This document shows positions 50,652-59,821 of a stretch of 64,000 nucleotides of DNA, piece by piece; positions within the stretch are counted from its first letter, which is position 1; each line of letters begins with the position of its first letter. The stretch spans positions 899 through 64,898 of the forward strand of contig JACPOU010000053.1 of the NCBI GenBank assembly GCA_016191345.1, written 5' to 3'. The notes under the pieces are model-generated. The model did not search any database, was not told the origin of the DNA, and was given only the letters and a program-made list of their open reading frames with translations. The stretch comes from Chloroflexota bacterium. GTDB taxonomy: Bacteria > Chloroflexota > Limnocylindria > Limnocylindrales > CSP1-4. The position numbers and the translations under genes were made by a program.

Positions 50652-51616
50652 GCCCGCGTCCTGGGGTCGAAGGCGTCGCGGAGTCCGTCGCCGATGAAGT
50701 TCACGGCGAGGACCGTGAGGATGATCGCCAGGCCCGGGAAGGCCGGCCACCACCAGTTGCCGACGAGGAGGAACGTCAGCGAGTTGGAGAGGATGTTGCC
50801 CCACGTCGGCGTGAACGGGTTGACGCCGTAGCCGAGGAAGCTCACGAAGGCCTCGCCGATGATGTTGCCGGCGACGATGAGCGACGCGGCGACGATGATC
50901 GGCGACAGGGCATTCGGCAGGATATGGCGGAAGATGATCCGGCGGTCGCGGACCCCGACAGCCCTGGCCGCCTCCACGAACTCCCGTTCCCGGATCGAGA
51001 GGAAGAGGCTCCGCACGAGGCGGCTGACACCCATCCAGCTGAAGATCCCGAAGATGATGATGATCTGCCAGACGTTGTTCCGCTGGTCCTTGAAGAACCG
51101 CGAGACGACGAGGATCACGAACAGCAGCGGCAGGCTCAGCATGACGTCGACGACCCGCATGAGCACGTTGTCGATGAAGCCGCCGAGGAAGCCCGCGATC
51201 GCGCCGACGATCGTGCCGATGACCACGCCGATGGCCATGCTGCTGAAGCCGATGAGGAGGGAGGTCCGTGCTCCATTGAGAACGAGGGTGAAGACGTCCC
51301 ACTGCAGGCCGCCCGTCTCGCCGAAGGGGTGCCTCAGCGACGGCGGGTTGCCGGCATAGGCGATCTTGTCCGGCGCCGGGATGTTCGACACGGAGAACGG
51401 CAGGAAGATCGGACCCACGATCGCCGCGACGAACAGCGTCGCGAGGATCCCGAGCCCGATGAGCGCGAGGCGGTGGTGGCGGAATTTCCGCCAGACCAGC
51501 TCGAACTGGCTGAGCGAGCGGAGGTTGACCTCGTAGTCGGCCGACGGGGGCGTCGATCCGGGCTCGGCTTCCTCGAGCACGGCGGGCGCGGTGGCCCGCT
51601 CGATGTCCTGTGCCAT
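50648..51616 (-). CDS. peptide ABC transporter permease (OppC/DppC-like)
   Basis: 322 aa, multiple TM segments. EAA-type loop: [29 protein letters not shown]. Confidence 0.9.
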   Translation of the reverse strand: MAQDIERATAPAVLEEAEPGSTPPSADYEVNLRSLSQFELVWRKFRHHRLALIGLGILATLFVAAIVGPIFLPFSVSNIPAPDKIAYAGNPPSLRHPFGETGGLQWDVFTLVLNGARTSLLIGFSSMAIGVVIGTIVGAIAGFLGGFIDNVLMRVVDVMLSLPLLFVILVVSRFFKDQRNNVWQIIIIFGIFSWMGVSRLVRSLFLSIREREFVEAARAVGVRDRRIIFRHILPNALSPIIVAASLIVAGNIIGEAFVSFLGYGVNPFTPTWGNILSNSLTFLLVGNWWWPAFPGLAIILTVLAVNFIGDGLRDAFDPRTRA

Positions 51617-51629
51617 GTGGTCGGGCTCC

Positions 51630-52724
51630 CTAGTACTTGATCCTGGGGTCGACCAGGGCGTAGGTGATGTCGGCCAGCAGGTTCGCGAGGACCACGATCG
51701 TCGAGGTGATCAGCAGGACGCCCATGAGAATCGTGTAGTCGAAGTTCCGCGTGGCGTCGATCGTCAGCTTGCCGATGCCGGGCCACGAGAAGATCGACTC
51801 GGTGACGATGGCGCCGGTGAACAGGAACGGGATCTCGAGGCCGATGTTCGTCACGACCGGCAGGAGCGCGTTCCGGAGCGCGTGCTTGAAGGTCACGACA
51901 CGGCCCGGGAGCCCCTTCGCCTTGGCCGTCCGGACGTAATCCTGGCCGAGCGTCTCGAGCATGCTCGCCCGGACGAACCGCGAATCGCCGGCGATGTTGA
52001 CGACCACGAGGGTGATGACCGGCAGGATCAGGTGCCTCCCGACGTCAAGGAGCGCCGGGATGGGCGTCTTGCCGAAGTACGCCCAGTAGGCGTCGCTGCC
52101 GAACGGCGGCGAGAGGCGCGTCTCGGTCATCCCGCTCACCGGCAGCCACTTCAGGTTCACCCCGAAGAGGAAGATCAGCATCAGGCCCAGCCAGAAGGTG
52201 GGCATGGCGAAGCCGATATAGGAGAACACGGTGGCCGCCTGGTCGAAGAAGGAGTAGCGCTTGATCGCGGCGAAGACCCCCATGAGGATCGCGATCAGCA
52301 GCCAGAAGAAGAGGGCGAAGGCCGCGAGGATCGCGGTCGGCAGGGCCGCCTTCGCGATCCGGGACCCCACGGGCTCTCCGGAGTCGATGGAGTAGCCGAG
52401 GTCGCCGTGCAGGACGCCGTTGTCCGCGCCGGAGATCGGGGTTGGGAGGAAGTTCGGCCAGCCGCTGGGCCCGATCAGGGCAGCCAGACCGTCGGCCTTG
52501 GGGTTGAGGATGCCCATCCACCGGCCGTACTGGACCGGGATGGGCTCCAGCAGGCCCCAGGCCTCCAGGAACTTTGCCTTCTGGGCGGGGGTGATCCGAG
52601 GGTTCTGGGCGAACTTCTGGGCCGGTCCGCCGGGGGCGCTCAGCATGAGCGCATAGGTGATGATCGTGATCCCGATGACGACGGGGATCGCCTGGACGAT
52701 TCGGCGGATCACGTACTTCGTCAT
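51630..52724 (-). CDS. peptide ABC transporter permease (OppB/DppB-like)
   Basis: ORF 51630..52742; preferred start is MTKYVIRRIVQAIPVV (ATG 52722-52724). Contains DYVRTAKAKGLPGRVVTFKHALRNALLP. Confidence 0.9.
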   Translation of the reverse strand: MTKYVIRRIVQAIPVVIGITIITYALMLSAPGGPAQKFAQNPRITPAQKAKFLEAWGLLEPIPVQYGRWMGILNPKADGLAALIGPSGWPNFLPTPISGADNGVLHGDLGYSIDSGEPVGSRIAKAALPTAILAAFALFFWLLIAILMGVFAAIKRYSFFDQAATVFSYIGFAMPTFWLGLMLIFLFGVNLKWLPVSGMTETRLSPPFGSDAYWAYFGKTPIPALLDVGRHLILPVITLVVVNIAGDSRFVRASMLETLGQDYVRTAKAKGLPGRVVTFKHALRNALLPVVTNIGLEIPFLFTGAIVTESIFSWPGIGKLTIDATRNFDYTILMGVLLITSTIVVLANLLADITYALVDPRIKY

Positions 52725-52846
52725 CTGGCGTCCTCTGCTCACAGGTGACCGACGCGCCCGTTGGCCGGGCGGGCCGACAGAAGCTCGGGGCGCCCGTCAG
52801 ACGGGCGCCCCGAGCGTTACGGTTCAGCGAGGCGATCGCGGAGCGA

Positions 52847-54700
52847 TCAGCCCTTCACGTACCAGTCGACGGCGTTCCACGTCGGGCCGGCCTGGGTCGG
52901 GTTGGCGAAGAAGTTCCCGATCTTGGGGCTGAAGAGCTCGACCTGCTTGCGGTAGTAGAGCGGGACCTCGACGGTCTTCTCCACGTACGTCTTCTGGAAG
53001 TCAGCCATCGCCTTCTTGATCTTCACGAAATCAACGCTCGTCCGGACCGTGTCGAGGGCGGCATCGATGCCGGGGTCGACGACCTGGGCGTCGTTCGCGC
53101 CCTTCGGCTCGAACTGGCTGCTGTGATAGCTGAAGTAGCTCCCGAGCGGGTCGATCGACGAGCTGAACGCGTGCTCAGCGAGGTCGAAGTTGCTGCGGGA
53201 AAGGGCGCATGCGGTGTCGTTCGTCGCCTCGTTGTAGCCGGCGAAGATGTCACTCGCCGCAACGGCGTTCGGGATGGCCTCGATGCCGACGTCCTTCAGC
53301 CAGGACGCGATCAGGTTCAGCGTGTCGATCCGGACCTGCCGGGTCGTCGTGCAGAGCTCGATCTTGGCCTTGAGGCCGTTCTTCTCGCGGATGCCGTCGC
53401 CGTCCGTGTCCTTCCAACCGGCATCCTCGAGGATCTGCTTGGCCTTGGCCGGATCGAAGGTGGCCGGCGGCTGATCCGCGAAGAACCAGGCGTCGGGCGA
53501 GATGGAGGTGTTGGCGATCTGCACGTTACCGCCCAGGAGCCGGGTGTTGATCACGTTCTTGTCGATCGCGAACGCGACGGCCTGGCGCATGGCCGGGTCT
53601 GCCATCGGGCAGCCCGTTCCACGGTCCTGGACGACCGGGTTGCGCGAGCAGCCCCCGGTGTTCGGGTTGGCGCCGTCCGTCTTGAACGGCCCGGCGGACC
53701 AGTTCGGGCGGAGGAACTCGTAGAGCAGCGCCGGGATGGCGCTGGTGCTCGCCGTCAGACCCTGCTGGTCAAGCTTCGGGATGTCCGAGTCCTGGAGGTC
53801 GGTGGCGAAGTCCACCTCACCGGCCGCGAAACCGGCGATCATGGCATCGGCATCGCCGTACCACTTGAAGATGAGCGAGTCGAGATGCGCCGGCTTGCCC
53901 GTCGAGAAGCTCTTGTACTGGTCGTTGCGGACGAGCCGGAGCTCGGCACCCGCGGTGACCGACTCGAACTTGAAGGCGCCGGAGACAGGGAGGTTCTTGA
54001 CCTCCGCTGCGCGGAAGCCCTTGCCCTTGACCATGTCCGCCATGGCGAAGTTGCCAAGGTAGTGGCGCGGGAGCGGCGCCGTCAGCAGGGTGATGTAGCC
54101 CTCGTAGACCTCCTTGAAGTGGAGGACCATCGAGACGTCCGACGCGCACTCGAAGTTGGTGATGAGGTCCCAGCCGGTCGTGATGACGCCGACGTTGTCC
54201 TTGTTCATGACCCATTCCCACGCGTACTTGAAGTCGTCACACGTGAGGGGCTGGCCATCGGACCACTTCAGGCCGGCCTTCAGGGTCCAGGTGACGGTCA
54301 TGGCATCGCCGCCCACACCGGGAACCTGGACGCCGCCGTTGTCCGTCGTCGGGATGTCGACGGCGAGATCCGGCATGTAGCGGTAGTCATCCGTGAGCGT
54401 GACCACGCTCGCCCACACCGCCGAGGCAACGTTCGCTTCCGTGACCTGGCCGATGTAGTACGGGTTGAACTGGTTGGCTTCCTGCCAGTCACCGATGATC
54501 AGCTGGCCGCCGTCAGTTCCAGCCTCCACCCGGGTCTTGTACGTGGAGTTGGTCAGATCGACCTTCTCCGGGGTGGGAGTCGGCGCTGCGGTCGGGGTGG
54601 TCGGCGTACCGGTCCCGGTGGGCGGGTTGCTCGCCGCGCCTCCGCATGCCGCGAACACGATGGCCGTGGTCGCGAGCAGAGCCAAGAAGGGTTTCCGCAT
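52847..54700 (-). CDS. peptide ABC transporter substrate-binding lipoprotein (family 5, OppA/DppA-like)
   Basis: ORF 52847..54796, start at MRKPFLALLATTAIVFAACGG (ATG 54698-54700, preceded by ggaggag). Lipobox FAAC, Thr/Pro linker, SBP_5-like body. Confidence 0.9.
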   Translation of the reverse strand: MRKPFLALLATTAIVFAACGGAASNPPTGTGTPTTPTAAPTPTPEKVDLTNSTYKTRVEAGTDGGQLIIGDWQEANQFNPYYIGQVTEANVASAVWASVVTLTDDYRYMPDLAVDIPTTDNGGVQVPGVGGDAMTVTWTLKAGLKWSDGQPLTCDDFKYAWEWVMNKDNVGVITTGWDLITNFECASDVSMVLHFKEVYEGYITLLTAPLPRHYLGNFAMADMVKGKGFRAAEVKNLPVSGAFKFESVTAGAELRLVRNDQYKSFSTGKPAHLDSLIFKWYGDADAMIAGFAAGEVDFATDLQDSDIPKLDQQGLTASTSAIPALLYEFLRPNWSAGPFKTDGANPNTGGCSRNPVVQDRGTGCPMADPAMRQAVAFAIDKNVINTRLLGGNVQIANTSISPDAWFFADQPPATFDPAKAKQILEDAGWKDTDGDGIREKNGLKAKIELCTTTRQVRIDTLNLIASWLKDVGIEAIPNAVAASDIFAGYNEATNDTACALSRSNFDLAEHAFSSSIDPLGSYFSYHSSQFEPKGANDAQVVDPGIDAALDTVRTSVDFVKIKKAMADFQKTYVEKTVEVPLYYRKQVELFSPKIGNFFANPTQAGPTWNAVDWYVKG

Positions 54701-54847
54701 CAATGCTCCTCCAACTAGGCGAATTCGCCTGATTCCCACGAAACAGATCCCGGCCGCTCCGCTCCGCCCCACCCCACCCGCACCCGAAAGGTGCACATGC
54801 GGGAGCGCGACAGGCGCGGGTGAGCAGCGGCCTTCTGCGCTGCCGGT

Positions 54848-54876
54848 ACTATGGGCAGCCCACCAGACGGTGTCAA
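54848..54876 (-). promoter_or_regulatory. sigma-70-like promoter candidate for the opp operon
   Basis: Minus strand: TTGACA (54871-54876) - 18 nt - ATAGTA (54848-54853), about 145 nt upstream of the oppA ATG. Confidence 0.4.
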
Positions 54877-54892
54877 CTCGGGCGAGCCGGGT

Positions 54893-55477
54893 TCAATCCG
54901 CGGTCTGGGCCGGCCCCGTCGATCCTGACGGCACCTCCTTCCTCACCGGCGATACCCGATCGGGAGAGCGCCAGAACATCGCGCCGGAATTCGCGGTCGC
55001 GGGCGCAGCCAGCGGCGCCAGCGTGCCTGAGCGAGCCGCGAGGAGGTACGACTCCTCGACGCGACGATCCTGGAGGTCGACCTCGTGGGGGCTGTAGCCC
55101 GTCGGCTCCGCCCGGGCCGAGCCGAGCGGCAGGTGCAGGGCCAGCGGCGCCACGATCGCCGCCACGACGAAGGTTCCGGTCGCCATGCCGGCGAGCGTCA
55201 CCCGCCAGCGCCAGGCGAGGGCCGCGGCGGACGCACGCGACCGGTCGACACGCTCACGGAGCCGGGTCAAGGCGTCGGCGGATGGCTCCGTGACCGGGAA
55301 GGCGGCGAGCCGCCGCAGCCGCATCGACGTCAGGGCGAGCTCCCGGAGCCGCGTGGCGCACGCGTCGCAGGCTTCGAGGTGTTCGAACGCGGCCGCCGGC
55401 ACCGAGGCGCCATCCCGCTCGGCGATGAAGACGGTCAGGACCCGGTCGTAGGCGTGACAGGCGGCCGGGCGGATCAT
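54893..55477 (-). CDS. zinc-binding anti-sigma factor (ZAS family) with one TM helix
   Basis: Tail of ORF 54893..55891 from MIRPAACHAY. H-x3-C-x2-C motif in FEHLEACDACATRL, TM segment LAGMATGTFVVAAIVAPLAL. ATGA overlap with the sigma-factor stop (55474-55477). Confidence 0.65.
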   Translation of the reverse strand: MIRPAACHAYDRVLTVFIAERDGASVPAAAFEHLEACDACATRLRELALTSMRLRRLAAFPVTEPSADALTRLRERVDRSRASAAALAWRWRVTLAGMATGTFVVAAIVAPLALHLPLGSARAEPTGYSPHEVDLQDRRVEESYLLAARSGTLAPLAAPATANSGAMFWRSPDRVSPVRKEVPSGSTGPAQTAD

Positions 55478-56154
55478 GGCAGGCCGGCGTCGCGCCGGAC
55501 GGCGGGGGCGGCCACGATCGCGCCGCCCTGAGCCGCCCCCGGCCGTGCTGCTCGCGTCGCCGGCTGCTCCGCCGCGAGGTGTCCGCGCAGGGCGTGGAGG
55601 GCGTAGTGGAGGCGGGACTTGACCGTGCCGAGCGCGATGCCGAGCGTCGCGGAGGTCTCCTGGAGTGACATCCCGTGGAGGTAGTAGAGGACGACCACGC
55701 TCTGGTGCTTGGGGGCAAGGGCGGCCACCCCCGTCCGGATCGTCCGGCGCAGCTCCTCGCGCTCGGCGTGCTCTGCCGGCTCCGGGGCGGCATCGCGCAG
55801 CTCCGAGGTTCCGTCGGGCATCGGCTCGCAGTCCAGGCGCCGGCGACCGAGCCGGGAGTAGCAGAGGTTCAGGGCGACGCGGTGGAGCCACGGGATCGGC
55901 GACATGTCCAGCCGCAGGGAGTGGCGGTGCCGGTAGGCCCGGATGAAGGTGTCCTGGAGGATCTCCTCGGCGGCCTGGGCATCGCCCGTCAATCCGTAGG
56001 CCGTCCGGTGGATGAGCCCGCGGTACCGCTCGAAGAACGTCTCGAAGGCGTCGAGGTCATCGGCCTGGATCCGTCGGATCAGGTCGGCGTCGGCGAGCCG
56101 CCCGGCTTCGAGCGGCCCGGCTTCGGGCGGCCCGGACGGTCTGGATGCCTCCAC
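55474..56154 (-). CDS. ECF-type RNA polymerase sigma-70 family factor
   Basis: 226 aa. Region 2: DAFETFFERYRGLIHRTAYGLTGDAQAAEEILQDTFIRAY. Region 4: VLYYLHGMSLQETSATLGIALGTVKSRLHYA. Confidence 0.85.
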   Translation of the reverse strand: MEASRPSGPPEAGPLEAGRLADADLIRRIQADDLDAFETFFERYRGLIHRTAYGLTGDAQAAEEILQDTFIRAYRHRHSLRLDMSPIPWLHRVALNLCYSRLGRRRLDCEPMPDGTSELRDAAPEPAEHAEREELRRTIRTGVAALAPKHQSVVVLYYLHGMSLQETSATLGIALGTVKSRLHYALHALRGHLAAEQPATRAARPGAAQGGAIVAAPAVRRDAGLP

Positions 56155-56306
56155 CCGTTGCGCTTCCTCCAGCTGGCCGAGTTCGACCGGGGCCTCACCC
56201 TCACCATACCGCGCAGGTCCCGGAAAGGTTCAGAACGGCCCGATTCGATTCCGGTTCCTGATGGAGACGACGATCCGGGCGCGCCCGGAAGCGCCGGGCC
56301 CAGGCC

Positions 56307-56687
56307 TCAGCCGGCGGCGATCACCGCTTCGTAGCCGGCGGCGTCGAGGAGCTTGCCCACGGAGGCGGGATCCGAGACGCGGAGCCTCAGCATCCAGCCG
56401 GCCCCGAACGGGTCGCTGTTCACGAGCTCCGGGGTCGACGCGAGCTCGGCATTCACCTCGACGACCTCACCGGCGACCGGCGTGTAGAGGTCGCTGACCG
56501 CCTTGACCGATTCGACGACGCCGAACGTCGCGTGCTGGGCCAGCGTGCGGCCCGCGTCCGGCAGCTCCACGAAGACGACGTCGCCGAGCTGCTCCGCCGC
56601 ATACGTCGTCACCCCGACGGTGGCGATGTCACCCTCGAGGCGGACCCACTCGTGGTCCTTCGTGTACCGGAGGTCGGTCGGGACCAT
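56307..56687 (-). CDS. gcvH: glycine cleavage system H protein
   Basis: Last 126 aa of ORF 56307..57887: YTKDHEWVRLEGDIATVGVTTYAAEQLGDVVFVELP...VESVKAVSDLYTPV (lipoyl-Lys motif ESVKA). Confidence 0.93.
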   Translation of the reverse strand: MVPTDLRYTKDHEWVRLEGDIATVGVTTYAAEQLGDVVFVELPDAGRTLAQHATFGVVESVKAVSDLYTPVAGEVVEVNAELASTPELVNSDPFGAGWMLRLRVSDPASVGKLLDAAGYEAVIAAG

Positions 56688-56752
56688 CGGGCTGGTCTCC
56701 TCGTGCTGCTGCTCGGAGTCGATGGACGTTCGGGATCGGGATCCCGCCGCGA

Positions 56753-57868
56753 TCAGCGGGGCCGCTGGTAGAACGGGAGCCCCACGACCTCGGCCCCGAC
56801 GGCCTGGTCGCGGACCTCGACGCCGAGGATCGTACCGGGTTCCCCGTCGCCGGGGGCGACGTAGGCCATCGCGATCGGGCGGCCGAGCGTCGGCGAGTGG
56901 CTGCCGCTCGTCACGACGCCGGTGCGGTGGCCGTCGCGCAGGACCGGGTAGCCGTGGCGGGCGATCCCGCGGCCCGTGATCGACAGGCCCACGAGCCGCT
57001 TGGCGATGCCCTCGCGAGCCACCCGGGCGAGGGCCTCGCGACCGACGAAGTCGCCCGGCTTCTCGAGCTTGACGACGCGCCCGAGGCCGGCCTCGTACGG
57101 GTTCGTGGAGCGGTCGAGCTCGTTGGCGTAGAGGGGCATGCCGGCCTCGAGCCGGAGCGTGTCGCGGGCGCCCAGTCCGCAGGGAATCACGCCGGCCCCT
57201 CGGCCGGCCGCGGCGAGCGCATCCCAGATCTCCGGCCCCCGGTTCCAATCCACGAAGACCTCGAAGCCATCCTCGCCGGTGTAGCCGGTCCGCGCCACGA
57301 GCGCGGGCACCCCGGCGACCGTCCCCTCCGCGGCGGCGTAGTAGCGGAGGGCTCCGAGGTCGACGCCGGTCAGGGCGGCGAGGACGCCGGCCGCCGCCGG
57401 ACCCTGGATCGCGATCAGTGAGGTCGCGAGGGATCGGTCGTCGAGCACCGCGCTGGAGCCCTGGAGCCGCGCGGCGAGCTCGTCGGAGACGGTTGCCGCG
57501 TTGCCCGCGTTGGCGACGACCAGGAACCGGTCGGGCGCAAGGCGGTAGACGATGAGGTCGTCGATGATCCCGCCGTCCTGCGCGCAGATCATCGAGTACT
57601 GGGCTCGACCGACGGCAAGCGTCCGGGGGTCGCTGACGACGGCCGCCGCGAGCGCATCGCCGGCCGCGGCACCCTCGACGTAGAGCTCGCCCATGTGGGA
57701 CAGGTCGAAGAGGCCGGCCCGCTCGCGGACCGCCCGATGCTCCTCGAGGATGCCGCCGTACTGGACCGGCATGAGCCAGCCGCCGAACTCGATGAGCCGG
57801 GCACCGAGGTCGCGGTGGCGGCCCGCCAGCGCGGTCTCGTGGAGCGGGATGGCCTCCGTGTCCGTCAT
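56753..57868 (-). CDS. gcvT: glycine cleavage system aminomethyltransferase T
   Basis: 371 aa: LHETALAGRHRDLGARLIEFGGWLMPVQY, LFDLSHMGEL, ARTGYTGEDGFE. Confidence 0.95.
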   Translation of the reverse strand: MTDTEAIPLHETALAGRHRDLGARLIEFGGWLMPVQYGGILEEHRAVRERAGLFDLSHMGELYVEGAAAGDALAAAVVSDPRTLAVGRAQYSMICAQDGGIIDDLIVYRLAPDRFLVVANAGNAATVSDELAARLQGSSAVLDDRSLATSLIAIQGPAAAGVLAALTGVDLGALRYYAAAEGTVAGVPALVARTGYTGEDGFEVFVDWNRGPEIWDALAAAGRGAGVIPCGLGARDTLRLEAGMPLYANELDRSTNPYEAGLGRVVKLEKPGDFVGREALARVAREGIAKRLVGLSITGRGIARHGYPVLRDGHRTGVVTSGSHSPTLGRPIAMAYVAPGDGEPGTILGVEVRDQAVGAEVVGLPFYQRPR

Positions 57869-58371
57869 GGAGCCGGGCTCTCGGCATGCAGCGGGACGGC
57901 GACGGGTGGCAGGGGCCGCTCCGCCGCCGGCTGGTCGAGGAGACGTGCCGCGGCCTCGACGAGCGCGCGCTCGGTCTCGAACGTCAGCAGGGTTGGCGCG
58001 TCCTCGAAGCGGACCCAGCGGACCCGCTCGAACTCCCGGTCGTGGCGGGAGAGGTCGCCGCCAACGGGCTCCATGAGGAAGTAGTGCACGGTCTTGTCGA
58101 TCCGGACGCCACCCTGGACGAAGGTGTACTCGATCGACGGCAGCGGGGCGACGATGCGAACCCGCAGGCCCGTCTCCTCCTCGACCTCGCGGAGCGCCGT
58201 CTGCTCGACGGTCTCGCCGGGGTCCGGCGTGCCCTTCGGAAGGGTCCAGGTGCCGCTTCGACGATCTCCGTCACGACGTCGCAGGCCCGCGACCAGCCAC
58301 GGCCGGCCGGCCTCGAATCGCACGACGACTCCGCCGGCGGATGTGGCGGTGGCGGCCCTCAGCCGCGCCAC
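57865..58371 (-). CDS. NUDIX hydrolase
   Basis: 168 aa. Nudix box: GTWTLPKGTPDPGETVEQTALREVEEETGLRV. Its stop overlaps the gcvT start (ATGA at 57865-57868). Confidence 0.85.
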   Translation of the reverse strand: MARLRAATATSAGGVVVRFEAGRPWLVAGLRRRDGDRRSGTWTLPKGTPDPGETVEQTALREVEEETGLRVRIVAPLPSIEYTFVQGGVRIDKTVHYFLMEPVGGDLSRHDREFERVRWVRFEDAPTLLTFETERALVEAAARLLDQPAAERPLPPVAVPLHAESPAP

Positions 58372-58682
58372 GGCGCCGCGGCGGCGCTCGAACGTCCCAC
58401 CGGGACGGAACGCGACCAGGTGATCGAGACGACCGGATGGGGACGTCCCGTCGCCGGCCGGCGCGGCCGTGTCGGCGTGATGGAGCGGGTGCCCGCGCGC
58501 AGGCTGGCGAGCGCGGAACGCTCCGGCTCGCGGAGCACGGTGGCCCGCCCCCCGCCGGCGCGGAAGGCCACGGCCGATCGCAGGCCGAGCCGGCGCTCGC
58601 GGATCCGGGCCGACGGCTGCGGAAATCGGGCGGCCGGCCGCGCGGCGTACTTCGCGGCGATGCTGTGCTCCATCGGGGACAT
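58359..58682 (-). CDS. hypothetical protein (weak call)
   Basis: 107-aa ORF filling the gap between the DUF2520-like gene and the NUDIX gene. Third codon positions are mostly G/C, but the sequence is Arg/Ala-rich and I recognise no family. It overlaps the NUDIX start by 13 nt. Confidence 0.3.
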   Translation of the reverse strand: MSPMEHSIAAKYAARPAARFPQPSARIRERRLGLRSAVAFRAGGGRATVLREPERSALASLRAGTRSITPTRPRRPATGRPHPVVSITWSRSVPVGRSSAAAAPWRG

Positions 58683-58691
58683 GGTAGCGCC

Positions 58692-59738
58692 TCAGTCCGG
58701 CCGCGCAAGGGAACGACGCATCGCCTCGGCCGCTGCCGGTGCCAGCGCGCCACGACCCTCGGCGATCGCGATCTCCCGCTCGGCGGCCGCCCGGTAGAGC
58801 GGAAGCGCTTCGGGTGCGTGCGCGCGAAGGGTGTCGAGGTGCCGCTCGAGCGTGCCCTGGTCGCCGCGGATGATCGGCCCGGTGAGCGAGCGCGCGATGC
58901 CGAGGGCGCGCGTATTGGCGAGCGTCTGTTCGGACAGCCGGCCGTAGATCGCGAGGGAGCCGGCCTCGTCGAGGCCGGCCACCCGGCCGAGCTGCGCGAT
59001 CGCGTCGAGGAGGGCGATGAACCCGCCCGCGGCGAGAACAGCCGCGGCATGGTAGGCCGCCTTGGTACCTGGGGCGAGCCTGACCGCGTGCGCCCCGACC
59101 GCCTCGGCCATCCCGGCGAGGAGCTCGGCCAGCTGGTCATCGCCCTCGATGGCCACCGTGGCGCCCCGGAGCGCGGCGACGGAGAGCTCGGTGTCGGCGA
59201 AGGCCACGAGCGGATGGAACGCGCCGACCTGCGTGCCGGCGGCCATGGCCGGCTCGAGGACCTCCGCCCCGAGCGCCCCCGACGTATGGATCATCGCCTG
59301 GCCGCTGTAGAGCCGGAGGCTCCCGGCCAGCGCCGGGAGCGCGTCGTCCGGGACGGCGAGGATGACGAGCTCGACCTCGTCGAGAAGCGCCACCGCCTCG
59401 CCGAATCCCCGACTTCCCGGGACGAGGGACCGAAAGCGATCCCGCCGGGCGGGATCCCGGGACGCGATCGCGCCGACGGGCCAGCCCGCCCGCGAGAGGG
59501 CGACGCCGAGGGCGGTCCCGACGGCGCCGGCACCCACGATGCCGACGACGGGGGGCTCGCCCGGCCCGGAGTGGACGTGCGGGTGTGCGTGATCGGACGG
59601 GTGGACCGTCTCGCCGTGGCGATGCTGGCCGGGCGGTTCGGGGTCCAGGTCGATCCCGCGCTCGCGGAGCTCCCGGAATGCCGCCTCGTCGACGGGATCC
59701 GGGGACGCGGTGTCGTCGCCGGGTGGCCAGGCCCTCAC
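58692..59738 (-). CDS. Rossmann-fold NAD(P)-binding protein with DUF2520-like C-terminal domain
   Basis: ORF 58692..59828: VVGIVGAGAVGTALGVALSRAGWPV...LVILAVPDDAL...AAYHAAAVLAAGGFIALL...LTGPIIRGD. The start is uncertain. I chose GTG 59738 because ATG 59828 would overlap the divergent aconitase start. Either choice leaves a His-rich N-terminal extension (HRHGETVHPSDHAHPHVH). Confidence 0.65.
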   Translation of the reverse strand: MRAWPPGDDTASPDPVDEAAFRELRERGIDLDPEPPGQHRHGETVHPSDHAHPHVHSGPGEPPVVGIVGAGAVGTALGVALSRAGWPVGAIASRDPARRDRFRSLVPGSRGFGEAVALLDEVELVILAVPDDALPALAGSLRLYSGQAMIHTSGALGAEVLEPAMAAGTQVGAFHPLVAFADTELSVAALRGATVAIEGDDQLAELLAGMAEAVGAHAVRLAPGTKAAYHAAAVLAAGGFIALLDAIAQLGRVAGLDEAGSLAIYGRLSEQTLANTRALGIARSLTGPIIRGDQGTLERHLDTLRAHAPEALPLYRAAAEREIAIAEGRGALAPAAAEAMRRSLARPD

Positions 59739-59821
59739 GACGCCCGGTGCCCGGAGCGGTGCGGCCGGTCGCGGTACGCTTGCACGGATCGAGTGTATCG
59801 AGCATCGCGAAGGACCGACCC

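Noticed and set aside
57869-58000. Expected glycine riboswitch upstream of gcvT
   Set aside because: The sequence immediately upstream of gcvT is the 3' end of a NUDIX hydrolase CDS that overlaps the gcvT start. I saw no conserved glycine-aptamer core there.
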